Shown here in pieces: positions 29,284 through 39,160 of a stretch of DNA of 53,902 bases. Where the stretch lies: positions 1 through 53,902 of the forward strand of contig CAYIAX010000005.1 of NCBI GenBank assembly GCA_964361595.1, in the 5' to 3' direction. The stretch comes from an uncultured Candidatus Saccharibacteria bacterium. GTDB lineage: Bacteria > Patescibacteriota > Minisyncoccia > UBA6257 > 2-01-FULL-56-20. A model generated the notes under the pieces. It had not been told where the DNA came from and made no database searches. It worked only from the letters and a program-made list of their open reading frames with translations. The translations under genes and the position numbers were made by a program. Each line of letters opens with the position of its first letter. Within the stretch, counting starts at the first letter, position 1.

Positions 29284-29532
29284 AAACAGCTCTGAACCGA
29301 CTATATAGCTAAGCTGGATTTTTTGGAAGTTTCGAAATTTTTCCCTGGTTTTGCTCTCATATGTAAGTTATAAGCCGAATCCAGTGCTATGCTGCATCAT
29401 AGCGCTATGATGCAGCATAGCACTTTGCGTTTTGCGCTTTGTTTTAAATTTTAAAGTAAGCACGGCAAGCAAGGGTTTATGTTTTCTTGAGGGGGTATTG
29501 CGCGTCGGCGGAAGATTGCTTACGATACCCGC

Positions 29533-29844
29533 ATGGTTTTGTTAAAGTACCGTCAAACCGGCCAAAGCCACTTTTTTTATGTCCGGCATCCGCGGCTTTA
29601 TGTGGGATTTATCATTTTTTTGGTTTTACTGGGACTTTTCGTTTCGACCTCGAAGGCCGCAGCCGTTGTGCCGGCGCTCTACTTTTTCATTTTTGCGGCG
29701 GGAATTCGTTCCTTTGATTTCGGGCGCTTGGCGATTATGAAAGTTGCGGCGCGTATGCAGCATCGGCAAGTTCGGGAATCGGGGAGCATGTTTAGCGGCA
29801 CCTGGCAGGTGGAGATCAGCAAAAAATTTCCTTGCTGTACGTAA
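29533..29844 (+). CDS. Hypothetical membrane protein
   Basis: Two hydrophobic segments. Confidence 0.5.
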   Translation: MVLLKYRQTGQSHFFYVRHPRLYVGFIIFLVLLGLFVSTSKAAAVVPALYFFIFAAGIRSFDFGRLAIMKVAARMQHRQVRESGSMFSGTWQVEISKKFPCCT

Positions 29845-29895
29845 GAAAGGCAGCTGGGTATAGGTTTTAAGCTTGGACTATGCGAAAATGGATCC

Positions 29896-30663
29896 ATGCG
29901 GAAACTTATCGTCGCCAATTGGAAAATGAACCCCGCCACGGAAAGCGCGGCGGAAAAGCTGGCGAAAGCCTCGGATGATAAAAACGTGGTCGTCTGCCCG
30001 CCTTTCGTCTATCTCGAAGAAGTTAAGGAAGAACTTAAACGCGCCAAGCTTGGCGCCCAGGATGTGTTTTGGAGCAATCCGCCCCAAGGCGGAGCCTTTA
30101 CGGGTGAAGTTTCGGCAAGGATTTTAAAAAACGCCGGCGCGGAATATGTGATCATTGGACATTCGGAAAGAAGGAAATGGCAGAAGGAAACGGATGAGGT
30201 AGTGAATAAAAAGTTGAAGGCGGTCATTGCGGCCGGACTTACGCCAATCCTTTGCGTCGGCGAACCGAAGAGAGCGACAAGGGATAGGCGACAAGGATTA
30301 AAGGCGGCGAAAAACTTCATTAAGCTGCAGCTCGCAAAAGATCTAAAAGGAATTCCCGTGTCGCATGTCGCTAGTCCCATGTCGCTAATTATCGCCTACG
30401 AGCCGATCTGGGCCATCGGCACCGGCAAGCCCGATAAGCCGGCTGAAGCAGCTGCGATGATTAACAACATTAAGTTGATTCTAGATTCTAGATTCAAGAT
30501 TCAAGATTCTCGCGTTCTATACGGCGGCTCCGTTACCTCGAAAAACATTGCGGAGCTAATGAGGTATAATGAAATAGATGGCGTCCTCGTCGGCGGCGCC
30601 AGCCTCAAGGCCGCGGAATTTAAAAAAATCATAAAAATTGCAAAAAATGTTTCAAGAAATTAA
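29896..30663 (+). CDS. tpiA: Triosephosphate isomerase (with repeat-derived in-frame inserts)
   Basis: ANWKMN, GHSERR, AYEPIWAIGTG, YGGSV, LVGGASL. Confidence 0.97.
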   Translation: MRKLIVANWKMNPATESAAEKLAKASDDKNVVVCPPFVYLEEVKEELKRAKLGAQDVFWSNPPQGGAFTGEVSARILKNAGAEYVIIGHSERRKWQKETDEVVNKKLKAVIAAGLTPILCVGEPKRATRDRRQGLKAAKNFIKLQLAKDLKGIPVSHVASPMSLIIAYEPIWAIGTGKPDKPAEAAAMINNIKLILDSRFKIQDSRVLYGGSVTSKNIAELMRYNEIDGVLVGGASLKAAEFKKIIKIAKNVSRN

Positions 30664-31291
30664 TCGCCGCGATTTTCTGTTTGTTACGGTCATCGGCGGC
30701 TTAGTCGGCTTGCTTATCCAGCCGGTGCTTTCAAATGTCGTAATCAATCTCACTCTGCCACTGCGCGTAGCTATTTTCGCGGGGCTGTTGGTTTTTGCCC
30801 CAATTGCGCTTTTCGTCGCGCACTTGATCGGCAGAAAAATACCGGTGCTTTATCAATTTGCTAAATTTTCAGCCGTAGGCACTTTGAACGCTTTTGTGGA
30901 CTTTGGCATTTTAAACATCGAAATCCTGGCAACCAATATCGTAGCCGGGCCGTGGTACTCGGTCATGAAGGGCGTTTCGTTTTTAGCCGCTACCACAAAC
31001 AGCTTTTTCTGGAATAAGCATTGGACATTCCATGCCGAGAACCGCGCGACGACGGGCGAAGTGGTTAAATTTTATACGATCGCCATTGTGGGCGGAGTTT
31101 TAAATATCGGCATTGCCTCGTTGGTAGTGAACGGCATCGGCGCGCCGGCGGGCATGAATCCGAAACTCTGGGCGAATATCGGGGCGTTGGCGGGAATCTT
31201 CGCCACGCTCCTCTGGAACTTCTTGGGCTATAAATTTCTGGTATTTAAGAAAGCGCCTTCGGTAACTCCTCCTGTTAATCCCACGCCTTGA
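30647..31291 (+). CDS. GtrA-family membrane protein
   Basis: QFAKFSAVG, NSFFWNKHWTF, WNFLGYKFLVF. Confidence 0.85.
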   Translation: MFQEINRRDFLFVTVIGGLVGLLIQPVLSNVVINLTLPLRVAIFAGLLVFAPIALFVAHLIGRKIPVLYQFAKFSAVGTLNAFVDFGILNIEILATNIVAGPWYSVMKGVSFLAATTNSFFWNKHWTFHAENRATTGEVVKFYTIAIVGGVLNIGIASLVVNGIGAPAGMNPKLWANIGALAGIFATLLWNFLGYKFLVFKKAPSVTPPVNPTP

Positions 31292-31408
31292 CCCTGGGCC
31301 AGTTATCTGCTATACTACCCGTGAATGAGTGCAGCGTACGTGGGCGACGACGTCGATCCACGCATGTCTCATCTATCTGTTTTGCTAAAAGCCCCGCAAG
31401 GGGCTTTT
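31288..31408 (+). ncRNA. Candidate small RNA with own promoter and terminator
   Basis: TTGACC-N17-TATACT, ~50-nt hairpin, AAAAGCCCC-GCAA-GGGGCTTTT. Confidence 0.4.
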
Positions 31409-31544
31409 GGTTTACTCTGAGCTTATCGAAGGGTTTTTAAGAACCCCTTTCAGCGAAGAAGGGTCGGGTGTCTGTTTCGGCTCCAGATTTCGTTTGACGT
31501 CATATATCTTTTATGCTATAATATAAATAGGAGGCGTAAAAGCC

Positions 31545-31964
31545 ATGAAGAATCTTGTCGCCAACGTTCTGGCGGGGATTCTAGCTGTTGGGTTTATGGT
31601 CGACATCCGCTGGGTTCAAATGACGGCAGTGGCGGACAATCGGCCGATCGCATCCGAGCCACCAAAACCGCCCGTGATGGTCGCCGTGGGAACGATCCGG
31701 CGGATCCAGCCTATCGACCACTGGACCCTTCTCGGTCACCAGCGGCATATGCAGGCGACCATCAAAGGGGACAACGGAGTGGTTTTTTCGGTTCTCTTCG
31801 ACGACACTTCTGGTCTCGTGTGGGCTGAACAGCACGCTCGGATCCAATATCGCCAGCTCGTCTGGGGTGGCGAGCAAAAGTTTTGCGCCCTGAACGGCGC
31901 GCAGCTATTCGGCCTGCTGAAGGTCGAGGTGCTGCCCCAGGCGGCATGCCCACCCGAACGTTAG
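31545..31964 (+). CDS. Hypothetical (possibly exported) protein
   Basis: TTGACG..TATAAT promoter, AGGAGG RBS, N-terminal hydrophobic stretch. Confidence 0.55.
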   Translation: MKNLVANVLAGILAVGFMVDIRWVQMTAVADNRPIASEPPKPPVMVAVGTIRRIQPIDHWTLLGHQRHMQATIKGDNGVVFSVLFDDTSGLVWAEQHARIQYRQLVWGGEQKFCALNGAQLFGLLKVEVLPQAACPPER

Positions 31965-32171
31965 CCGCCGGAGGCGAGCTCCGGCAAAACAAGCCAGGCA
32001 CAACGCAAGTTGTGACTTTTCTTTTCTAAACTACTAGCTTTCGGTATGATTAAGCCGGAGCGGAGAGGTCAGCTTGAGATAGTCCGTCCCGAGGGCTGCA
32101 AGGAGAGCACTCATTCAACAAAAACAGAAGGAGGTCACCACTTGCAGCCCTCCGGGCGGGTTACATTCATA

Positions 32172-33098
32172 ATGTTCAAAGAAAATATTTATTTGGCGCG
32201 TTTAGGCAGTTTCAGGATCGGCGGCCCCAGCCGCTATTTTTTCGAAGCCAGATCCAAAGCCGAGATTGAAGCCGCGGTTAAAAAAGCAAAAGCCGACAAG
32301 CTCGATATTTTTGTTCTGGGCGGCGGCACAAATCTTTTACCAAGCGACGAGGGTTACGAAGGTTTAGTTTTGAAACCGAACTTATGGCACTTGGAGCGCG
32401 CGGGCAGCGAAATCAAAGTCGGCGCCGGAGTTTTAATGTCCGAGCTTTTGGACTTCGCCGCGCACGCGGGCCTGTCCGGCCTCGAGTGGGCAGGAGGCTT
32501 GCCGGGCACGGTGGGCGGCGCCATTCGCGGCAACGCCGGAGCTTTCGGCGGCGAAATCAAGGATGTAGTGAAGGCAGTAACAAGTTATGACACGGAAATG
32601 TTCCGCGAACTTGAGCGGTTCAACGAAGAATGCAAGTTTGATTATCGTTCAAGTTTGTTCAAAACCGAGCGCAACGGGAGAGAGATCATCCTGGGCGCAA
32701 CTTTAACGCTCAAGTCCGGCGATCCGGAAAAAATTCGCGAGGAGATGAATGCAAAAATCGCTTACCGCCAGGAGCGGCATCCGCTCGAATACCCGAATAT
32801 CGGCAGTATTTTCAAGAATGTGGACTTGGAAAAGATTCCGATCTCAAGCCGCGCCAAGTTCGCTCATGTGGTGAAGCCCGATCCGTTTCCGGTTGTGCCG
32901 GCGGCCTATCTAATTTCCGAAGCTGGCTTAAAAGGCGTAACGCACGGCGGCGCGATGGTTTCGCCCAAGCATCCGAATTTCATCGTGAACGTGCTGTGGG
33001 CTAAGGCGAATGACGTAAAAAATCTGATCGAACTGACAAAAAGCGAAGTTCACAAGCGTTTTGGCATCAAATTAGAAGAAGAAGTGATTCAACTCTGA
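32172..33098 (+). CDS. murB: UDP-N-acetylenolpyruvoylglucosamine reductase
   Basis: FRIGG, LGGGTN, GLPGTVGGA.RGNAGA, GSIFKN, KHPNFIVN. Confidence 0.95.
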   Translation: MFKENIYLARLGSFRIGGPSRYFFEARSKAEIEAAVKKAKADKLDIFVLGGGTNLLPSDEGYEGLVLKPNLWHLERAGSEIKVGAGVLMSELLDFAAHAGLSGLEWAGGLPGTVGGAIRGNAGAFGGEIKDVVKAVTSYDTEMFRELERFNEECKFDYRSSLFKTERNGREIILGATLTLKSGDPEKIREEMNAKIAYRQERHPLEYPNIGSIFKNVDLEKIPISSRAKFAHVVKPDPFPVVPAAYLISEAGLKGVTHGGAMVSPKHPNFIVNVLWAKANDVKNLIELTKSEVHKRFGIKLEEEVIQL

Positions 33099-33221
33099 TT
33101 CGCACCGCTTTCAGCGCGCCGGATTTTTGGAAAATTTTTTTTGCACTGCGAGTTATCCACAGGCTTGGACAAATTTCGCAAATTCATTTGCTATACTAGA
33201 AGCGTGAGTTGATTTTTAAGT

Positions 33222-33333
33222 TTACCCCGTTAGATTCAGAAGATTCAGTTTTGTGAGCAAGCAGAAGTTGAAACGGGTACCCAACTTAAATCAAGCACGT
33301 TACAAATTTTGGGAGAGAATCTAACGGGGTTTA
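33222..33333. repeat. Long inverted repeat ACCCCGTTAGATTC ... GAATCTAACGGGGT
   Basis: 14-bp perfect arms about 80 nt apart. Confidence 0.7.
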
Positions 33334-33406
33334 CTCCAGGTGGGGAGGTTCCGCGCAAGAACGGAACGTAGGTCGCGACCCCATAAAAAATTTTAAAGCT
33401 TTTTAA

Positions 33407-33463
33407 ATGGCTAAGAAAAAAGCGAAAAAGGCGAAGAAAGCAGGAAAGAAGCGCCGCCGCTAA
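33407..33463 (+). CDS. Putative 18-aa highly basic peptide MAKKKAKKAKKAGKKRRR
   Basis: Manual translation; followed by a terminator. Confidence 0.5.
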   Translation: MAKKKAKKAKKAGKKRRR

Positions 33464-33479
33464 TTATTCTGCCTTTTGG

Positions 33480-33511
33480 CCCCGCTCTGGCTCAGAGCGG
33501 GGTTTTGTTTT
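33480..33511 (+). terminator. Intrinsic terminator
   Basis: CCCCGCTCTG-GCT-CAGAGCGGGG followed by TTTTGTTTT. Confidence 0.75.
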
Positions 33512-33642
33512 GCAAAATGCAATCCTAATCTACAAATGCATCCGAATGCTACGAATTTTTTAATGAACCAGCGGCCAATTCGCATCGGACATTCGTAGGA
33601 TTAGTAGTTGAAAAATGGCGCAAAATGCTGTAGACTATTTGA

Positions 33643-33978
33643 GTGAAAATCAGCATTAAAGCTTTACAGCTCAAGCTCACTCCAAGCATTACGACTTTTA
33701 TCGAAGACAAGCTCGGTACGTTGGCCAAGTATTTGAAGAAATTCGAGCCCACCGGCCAGCCGGCGATCTGGCTCGAGATCATGAGAACCACCCGCCATCA
33801 CAAGCGCGGTTTTGTTTATGCCGCGGAGGCCGATTTGCGCTTGCCGGGAAAAATTTTGCGCGCGGAGCACGAGGACGTGGATATCCGCGTGGCGATCCAG
33901 CGTTTGCGCGATAAGCTTAAGCTTGAGATCGAAAAGTATAAGACGAAGACCGGGGAACGTCCGCGCCGAGCCGCTTAA
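33643..33978 (+). CDS. hpf: Ribosome hibernation factor HPF/RaiA
   Basis: [29 protein letters not shown]...AI; upstream of secA. Confidence 0.85.
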   Translation: MKISIKALQLKLTPSITTFIEDKLGTLAKYLKKFEPTGQPAIWLEIMRTTRHHKRGFVYAAEADLRLPGKILRAEHEDVDIRVAIQRLRDKLKLEIEKYKTKTGERPRRAA

Positions 33979-33995
33979 GCTGGCTTTTCCTTGAG

Positions 33996-36554
33996 ATGCT
34001 TGATTCGCTTAAAAAATTTTTCAGTTCGCGTTCTTTAAGCGGATTTTTTGAGACCGTTAAAACCATAAACGCGCTCGAGCCGGAAATCCAGAAACTTTCT
34101 AATGAGGAATTGAAGCAAGCTGGTTTGGATTTAAAAAAATCCGTAGAAGGCGGGGAGCCGACTGAAGACGAACGGGCAAAAGCATTCGCGCTTGTGCGCG
34201 AAGCCGCGCGGCGCACCTTAAACCAGCGCCCTTATGACGTCCAGCTTGTGGGCGGGCTTGTGCTTGACAAGGGCGCCGTGGCGGAAATGGCCACGGGCGA
34301 AGGAAAAACTTTGGCCGCGGTCGCGCCCGCATACTGGAACGCGCTTAGAGGCAAAGGAGCGCATATCGTAACCGTGAACGAATACCTGGCCCGCCGCGAT
34401 GCGGTTTGGATGGGACAGATCTACCGCAGGCTGGGGCTCTCGGTTGCTTGTCTCGTGCCCAACGCAGCCTTCTTATACGACTCTGAATGGAAGATACCGG
34501 AGGAAGGCGAGAAGTTGATTGACCGCGAGCGGGACGAAACAGGCAGCTTCTTGGTCCAGCAGGAATTTTTGCGCCCGATCTCCAGGCGTGAAGCCTATTT
34601 GGCCGATATCACCTATGGCACGAACCACGAATTCGGTTTTGACTATTTGCGCGATAACCTGGCCTACCACATGGCCGACCAGGTCCAGCGCGAGCATTAT
34701 TTTGCAATTATTGACGAGGTAGATTCGATTTTAATTGATGAAGCGCGCACGCCCTTGATTATCGCCGCGCCCGATACGGAATCGAGCGAATATTATAAAG
34801 TGTTTGCCCGCGTGGCGGAAATGCTCACGCCCGAAGAGGATTACACCGTTGACGAGAAGCACCGTTCGGCGAGCATTACCGAGAGCGGTATCGAAAAAAC
34901 GGAAAAATCATTGGGGCTTGCGAATCTCTACGGGCCGGAAAATCTGCGCCTTGTGCATTATCTTGAAGAAAGCTTGCGGGCCAAAGCGCTTTATCATCGC
35001 GACCGCGATTACGTGGTGAAGGGCGGCGAAGTTTTGATCGTGGACGAGTTCACGGGCCGCTTACTTCACGGCCGCCGCTATCAGGGCGGTCTCCATCAGG
35101 CGATTGAAGCCAAAGAGAGCGTCCAGGTAAAACAGGAATCACGAACTTACGGCAAGATTTCCCTCCAAAATTATTTCCGGCTCTACAAAAAGATTTCCGG
35201 CATGACCGGCACGGCGCAAACTTCCGCGGAGGAATTCCATAAGGTTTACAACCTGGAGGTATTTTCGATCCCGACGAATAAGCCGATGATCCGCGAAGAC
35301 AAGAATGATTTGATCTATAAAAATTCGCAGGCGAAGTGGCGCGCCTTGATCGAAGATATTCGTGTGCGCCATAAGCAGAGCCAGCCGATCCTGATCGGTA
35401 CGGCTTCAATCGAAAAGAATGAATTGGTTTCCGCGCACTTGTCGCGCGAGCACATTCCGCACGAAGTTTTAAATGCTAAGAACAACGAACGCGAAGGCGC
35501 GATCATCGCCCAGGCCGGCAAACCGGGCGCGGTAACTGTGGCGACGAATATGGCCGGCCGCGGCGTGGACATTATTCTCGGAGGCAACCCTCCAAGCGCA
35601 GACTTAGCGCAGACTGTACGCGGACTTGGCGGACTCCACGTGGTTGGCACCGAACGGCACGAAGCCCGCCGGATCGACAACCAGCTGCGCGGCCGTTCCG
35701 GCCGTCAAGGCGATCAGGGCAGTTCGCAATTCTATCTTTCGCTTGAAGACGATCTCTTGCGCATCTTTGGCGGCGACCGCATTAAGTCGCTCATGGATCG
35801 CTTCGATCTGCCTGAAGACGAACCGATCCAGCTCGGCTTTGTCTCCAGCGCGGTGGCGCAGGCGCAGGCGCGCGTCGAGGGCGCGAATTTCGACTTGCGG
35901 AAACATTTGCTCGAATACGATGACGTTTTGAATAAACAGCGCACGGCGGTATATAAGCGGCGGCAGGAATTTTTGACGAGCCTGAACCAGGAAACTTTGG
36001 CTGACAGCATTTACCAAGCTGCCCATGATTTTGTTGGTAGATTCAGGGAACAGCCGGCCATGGAACCGGAAACGGATCTGGACGCCGAATTCAAAAAGCT
36101 GCTCCAGGAAACCGGCATTGCGAACGAGAAGCATCCGGTTCCGGAAAATTTAGACGAGGAAAGCATTAAGAGTTTGCTTTTGAAGCGGAGTCTCGAAGCT
36201 AGTCTTGATCCACTTACGATCCAAAGGATTTTGGGCGTGCTCGATATGCTTTGGATGACGCACTTGGAAAACCTCGAGGCGCTTTCCGAATCCGTCGGCC
36301 TTCGCGCCTATGGGCAAAAGGATCCGCTTGTCGAATATCGCGAAGAAGCGCGAAAATTATTCAAAGACTTTTGGGCTAATTTCAACGCTTGGCTCACGAT
36401 GAATATATTTAAACTAGCAAAGAGCAAAGAGCAAATGGCAAATAGTAAAAAGGCGGGCTTGCCCGCCGGAGGGCAGAGCGGCGCGAAGGTAGGTCGCAAC
36501 GACCCCTGCCCATGCGGTTCAGGGAAGAAATATAAGAGATGTCATGGGGCGTGA
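33996..36554 (+). CDS. secA: Preprotein translocase ATPase SecA
   Basis: [40 protein letters not shown]-terminal [19 protein letters not shown]. Confidence 0.98.
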   Translation: MLDSLKKFFSSRSLSGFFETVKTINALEPEIQKLSNEELKQAGLDLKKSVEGGEPTEDERAKAFALVREAARRTLNQRPYDVQLVGGLVLDKGAVAEMATGEGKTLAAVAPAYWNALRGKGAHIVTVNEYLARRDAVWMGQIYRRLGLSVACLVPNAAFLYDSEWKIPEEGEKLIDRERDETGSFLVQQEFLRPISRREAYLADITYGTNHEFGFDYLRDNLAYHMADQVQREHYFAIIDEVDSILIDEARTPLIIAAPDTESSEYYKVFARVAEMLTPEEDYTVDEKHRSASITESGIEKTEKSLGLANLYGPENLRLVHYLEESLRAKALYHRDRDYVVKGGEVLIVDEFTGRLLHGRRYQGGLHQAIEAKESVQVKQESRTYGKISLQNYFRLYKKISGMTGTAQTSAEEFHKVYNLEVFSIPTNKPMIREDKNDLIYKNSQAKWRALIEDIRVRHKQSQPILIGTASIEKNELVSAHLSREHIPHEVLNAKNNEREGAIIAQAGKPGAVTVATNMAGRGVDIILGGNPPSADLAQTVRGLGGLHVVGTERHEARRIDNQLRGRSGRQGDQGSSQFYLSLEDDLLRIFGGDRIKSLMDRFDLPEDEPIQLGFVSSAVAQAQARVEGANFDLRKHLLEYDDVLNKQRTAVYKRRQEFLTSLNQETLADSIYQAAHDFVGRFREQPAMEPETDLDAEFKKLLQETGIANEKHPVPENLDEESIKSLLLKRSLEASLDPLTIQRILGVLDMLWMTHLENLEALSESVGLRAYGQKDPLVEYREEARKLFKDFWANFNAWLTMNIFKLAKSKEQMANSKKAGLPAGGQSGAKVGRNDPCPCGSGKKYKRCHGA

Positions 36555-36565
36555 GGAATAAAAAT

Positions 36566-37012
36566 ATGGAAACGAAACAGGTAAAAATTAGAAATGCGGA
36601 AACTAATGACATTGAAGCAATTCGAGGATTGGTTGATTATCTTATGCAAGTTGAAGAGGTAGAGAATGTTGAGGGCAACGTTGAAAAAATAATGAAAGAT
36701 AGGATTCTGCCATCGATAGATTCTGATACAGCGATAACTTTTGTAGCAGAGGTTGGTGGTAAAGTTGTAGGAGTATTACTGGTAGAGATAAAGCGAGGTT
36801 TGGTTCTGTCACTGGCGTACATAGCAGTTTATCCAGAAAATCAGAAACTAGGAGTTGGTAAAAAATTGCTGGAAAAAGCCGAAGAATACGCCAAGAGTAA
36901 AAATATCCATATTTTGGAGGGACTGATTCACAAAGACAATCAAAAATCGCGAGAATTTCACGAAAAAAATGGATTTGAACTGTTTGGCTACAATTTGCGG
37001 AAAGAAATTTAG
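36566..37012 (+). CDS. GNAT-family N-acetyltransferase (cassette 1)
   Basis: IRNAE..DIEAI, IAV.PENQKLGVGKKLL, N..SREFHEKNGF. Confidence 0.88.
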   Translation: METKQVKIRNAETNDIEAIRGLVDYLMQVEEVENVEGNVEKIMKDRILPSIDSDTAITFVAEVGGKVVGVLLVEIKRGLVLSLAYIAVYPENQKLGVGKKLLEKAEEYAKSKNIHILEGLIHKDNQKSREFHEKNGFELFGYNLRKEI

Positions 37013-37125
37013 CCGCATGACATTTTCTATATTCAGACGAATCCGACAGTGTCATAAATCGGAAAACGGCTTAAAATATAGAAAATCCGTGCGGTTGGTT
37101 ATTAAAACAGTAGAAGTGTCACGGG
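37013..37125. repeat. 113-bp hairpin-plus-core site, copy 1
   Basis: CCGCATGACATTTTCTATATT pairs with AATATAGAAAATCCGTGCGG; homologous to 39153-39265. Confidence 0.85.
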
Positions 37126-37207
37126 TCATGAGGATAAGAAAAACCCGAGGGACATAGTAGCTTCCGTCAGTCGGCTACATCACCCTCGGGGGAGTAACAG
37201 AGATGTT

Positions 37208-37630
37208 ATGGGAGAAAAAAAGCAAAAACTAACTGGAATAACATTTATTCTCGTGCGTCCGAATAGTGAGATGCTACTTCAGTTACGAGACGAAAAATCA
37301 AGATATTATCCTAATACGTGGTGTTTCCCCGGAGAGAGTGCCGAGGGGAACGAAGAGCCCATACAGATGGTTATTCGAGGAGTGCAGGAGGAATACAATG
37401 TTCGGGTATCAAAAAATATATGTCAATTTCTGACCGTAAATCATTTGCCACATATTAACCAAGAAATCGCTGTATTTATATGCAAAATCGATGATAATCA
37501 AACTCCAGTTATGAGAGAAGGGAAGAAAATGCGATGGATGGGTATAAATGAGATTAAGAAACTGGAGCTCGGATTTGAGCAGAATAAAATTCTACCATTC
37601 ATCGAAGAGTTCCTGCGTGGTAGTCAATAA
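37208..37630 (+). CDS. NUDIX-family hydrolase (cassette 2)
   Basis: LLQLRD, WCFPGESAEGNEEP..IRGVQEEY (degenerate Nudix box). Confidence 0.8.
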   Translation: MGEKKQKLTGITFILVRPNSEMLLQLRDEKSRYYPNTWCFPGESAEGNEEPIQMVIRGVQEEYNVRVSKNICQFLTVNHLPHINQEIAVFICKIDDNQTPVMREGKKMRWMGINEIKKLELGFEQNKILPFIEEFLRGSQ

Positions 37631-37663
37631 GCAACAAAGATGTCATGGGGCGTAGGGTAAAAT

Positions 37664-38602
37664 ATGATATACAATCCTGAAAAACCATATAAAGAACAAA
37701 TTCTGGGATTAATTAAAAAAACTTGGAATACTCCTTATGTTTCTATTCATGATGGAGCATATTCGGTATTCAGAAGAAAATTCGATTACCCTGAAGTTGA
37801 TCATACAGACGGAATAGGAACAAAGGGAATATACCACTGGAAGAAGCGCAGCTTCAAAGGCGCTGTTTTGGACGCTTTGGCAATGAATTTGAACGATCTG
37901 GCAATGGCAAGAGCCGTTCCATATAAGCTTCAGTGCCATATTATTGTGCCCGAAGATGACCAGAGAGCGATTATGGAGATCATAAAGAGTTTGGTTACGG
38001 AGTGCATGAAACTAAAAATCGCTATTACCGGAGGAGAGACATCGGTTCAAAACAATATGGACGGTCTTGATATCAGTTTGACGGTTAGCGGATTTGTGCG
38101 AAGAGAGAAGCGAAACAAATTTCAGGCGGGTGATATATTAGTTGGTTTCGCAAGTAATGGGTTGCATTCGAATGGGTTTACGATGGTACGAAATGCGTTT
38201 GCTAATAGATTCCGCAAAGAGCTTATAGAGCCAACAGTGATGTATTTGAAGTCAATTCAGGATATTCAGGAAAGGTATGACATTCATGGCATGATGCATA
38301 TAACCGGTGGGGCGTTTACAAGGTTGAAAGGGTTGCTCTCAAAAACTGATGCGGTTATCACGAATGATCATTCTTTGAAACCACAGGGCATATTTCGGGA
38401 ATTATATGCACATAGAATTACAGATCGCGACATGTACAAGACTTTCAACTGCGGAATAGGATTTATATTGGCAGTTTCCAAGAAAGACGCTCTGGGAATT
38501 GTTACCCAAATAAAAGGCGCAGACATAATTGGAGAAGTTACGCAGGGATCGGGAAAGGTCAGGATAGCGTCAATGTTCAGCGGAAAGAGAATAAAAATTT
38601 GA
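37664..38602 (+). CDS. PurM-like (AIR synthase family) protein, copy 2 (cassette 3)
   Basis: YPEVDHTDGIGTKG, DALAMNLNDLA, GGET, SNGLHSNG, HITGG, TFNCGIG. Confidence 0.85.
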   Translation: MIYNPEKPYKEQILGLIKKTWNTPYVSIHDGAYSVFRRKFDYPEVDHTDGIGTKGIYHWKKRSFKGAVLDALAMNLNDLAMARAVPYKLQCHIIVPEDDQRAIMEIIKSLVTECMKLKIAITGGETSVQNNMDGLDISLTVSGFVRREKRNKFQAGDILVGFASNGLHSNGFTMVRNAFANRFRKELIEPTVMYLKSIQDIQERYDIHGMMHITGGAFTRLKGLLSKTDAVITNDHSLKPQGIFRELYAHRITDRDMYKTFNCGIGFILAVSKKDALGIVTQIKGADIIGEVTQGSGKVRIASMFSGKRIKI

Positions 38603-38644
38603 ACCCCGTGGGTTAGCGAATAAGTAGCAAAGGTGTCATGGGCA

Positions 38645-39160
38645 ATGAGGAAAGAATATAACAAAGAGTCGTGGATAAATCCAAAAGTTGAAGTCCGAAA
38701 TTCAGAGTTCGGTGGTAAGGGTTTATTCGCTAAAGAAACGATAGAAAAGGATGAGATTGTGATAGTATGGGGAGGAACATTAATGACGGAAGAAACGATA
38801 AAGAGGGGTAATTACAGAAAAGGTACGAGCGTCGAGATAGGCGAGGGTATGTATTTTGCTGGAAAGCCAAGCGAATCGCCAGGAACTGATGACTTCTTGA
38901 ATCATTCTTGCGATCCCAACTTATGGCTAAAGGATGAAGTTACGCTGATTATGAGAAGGGATATTGAAAAAGATGAGGAGTTGACTGCTGATTATGGAAC
39001 ATGGGTCTCACGACCAGAGTGGAAAATGGAATGCAGATGTGGATCGAGGTTATGTCGAAAAATGATCACAGGCAACGATTGGAAGTCAGCAGGGCTGCAA
39101 AAAGGATACGGAGACCACTTGTCGCCGTATCTAAAAGAACGAATCAAAAAATCCGCATGA
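38645..39160 (+). CDS. SET-domain methyltransferase with post-SET CxCxxxxC (cassette 4)
   Basis: GKGLFA, FLNHSCDPN, ELTADYG, CRCGSRLCR. Confidence 0.92.
   Translation: MRKEYNKESWINPKVEVRNSEFGGKGLFAKETIEKDEIVIVWGGTLMTEETIKRGNYRKGTSVEIGEGMYFAGKPSESPGTDDFLNHSCDPNLWLKDEVTLIMRRDIEKDEELTADYGTWVSRPEWKMECRCGSRLCRKMITGNDWKSAGLQKGYGDHLSPYLKERIKKSA

Noticed and set aside
37013-37125. Canonical integron attC site
   Set aside because: No RYYYAAC...GTTRRRY core pair and no intI in the window; reported as a distinct site type instead.
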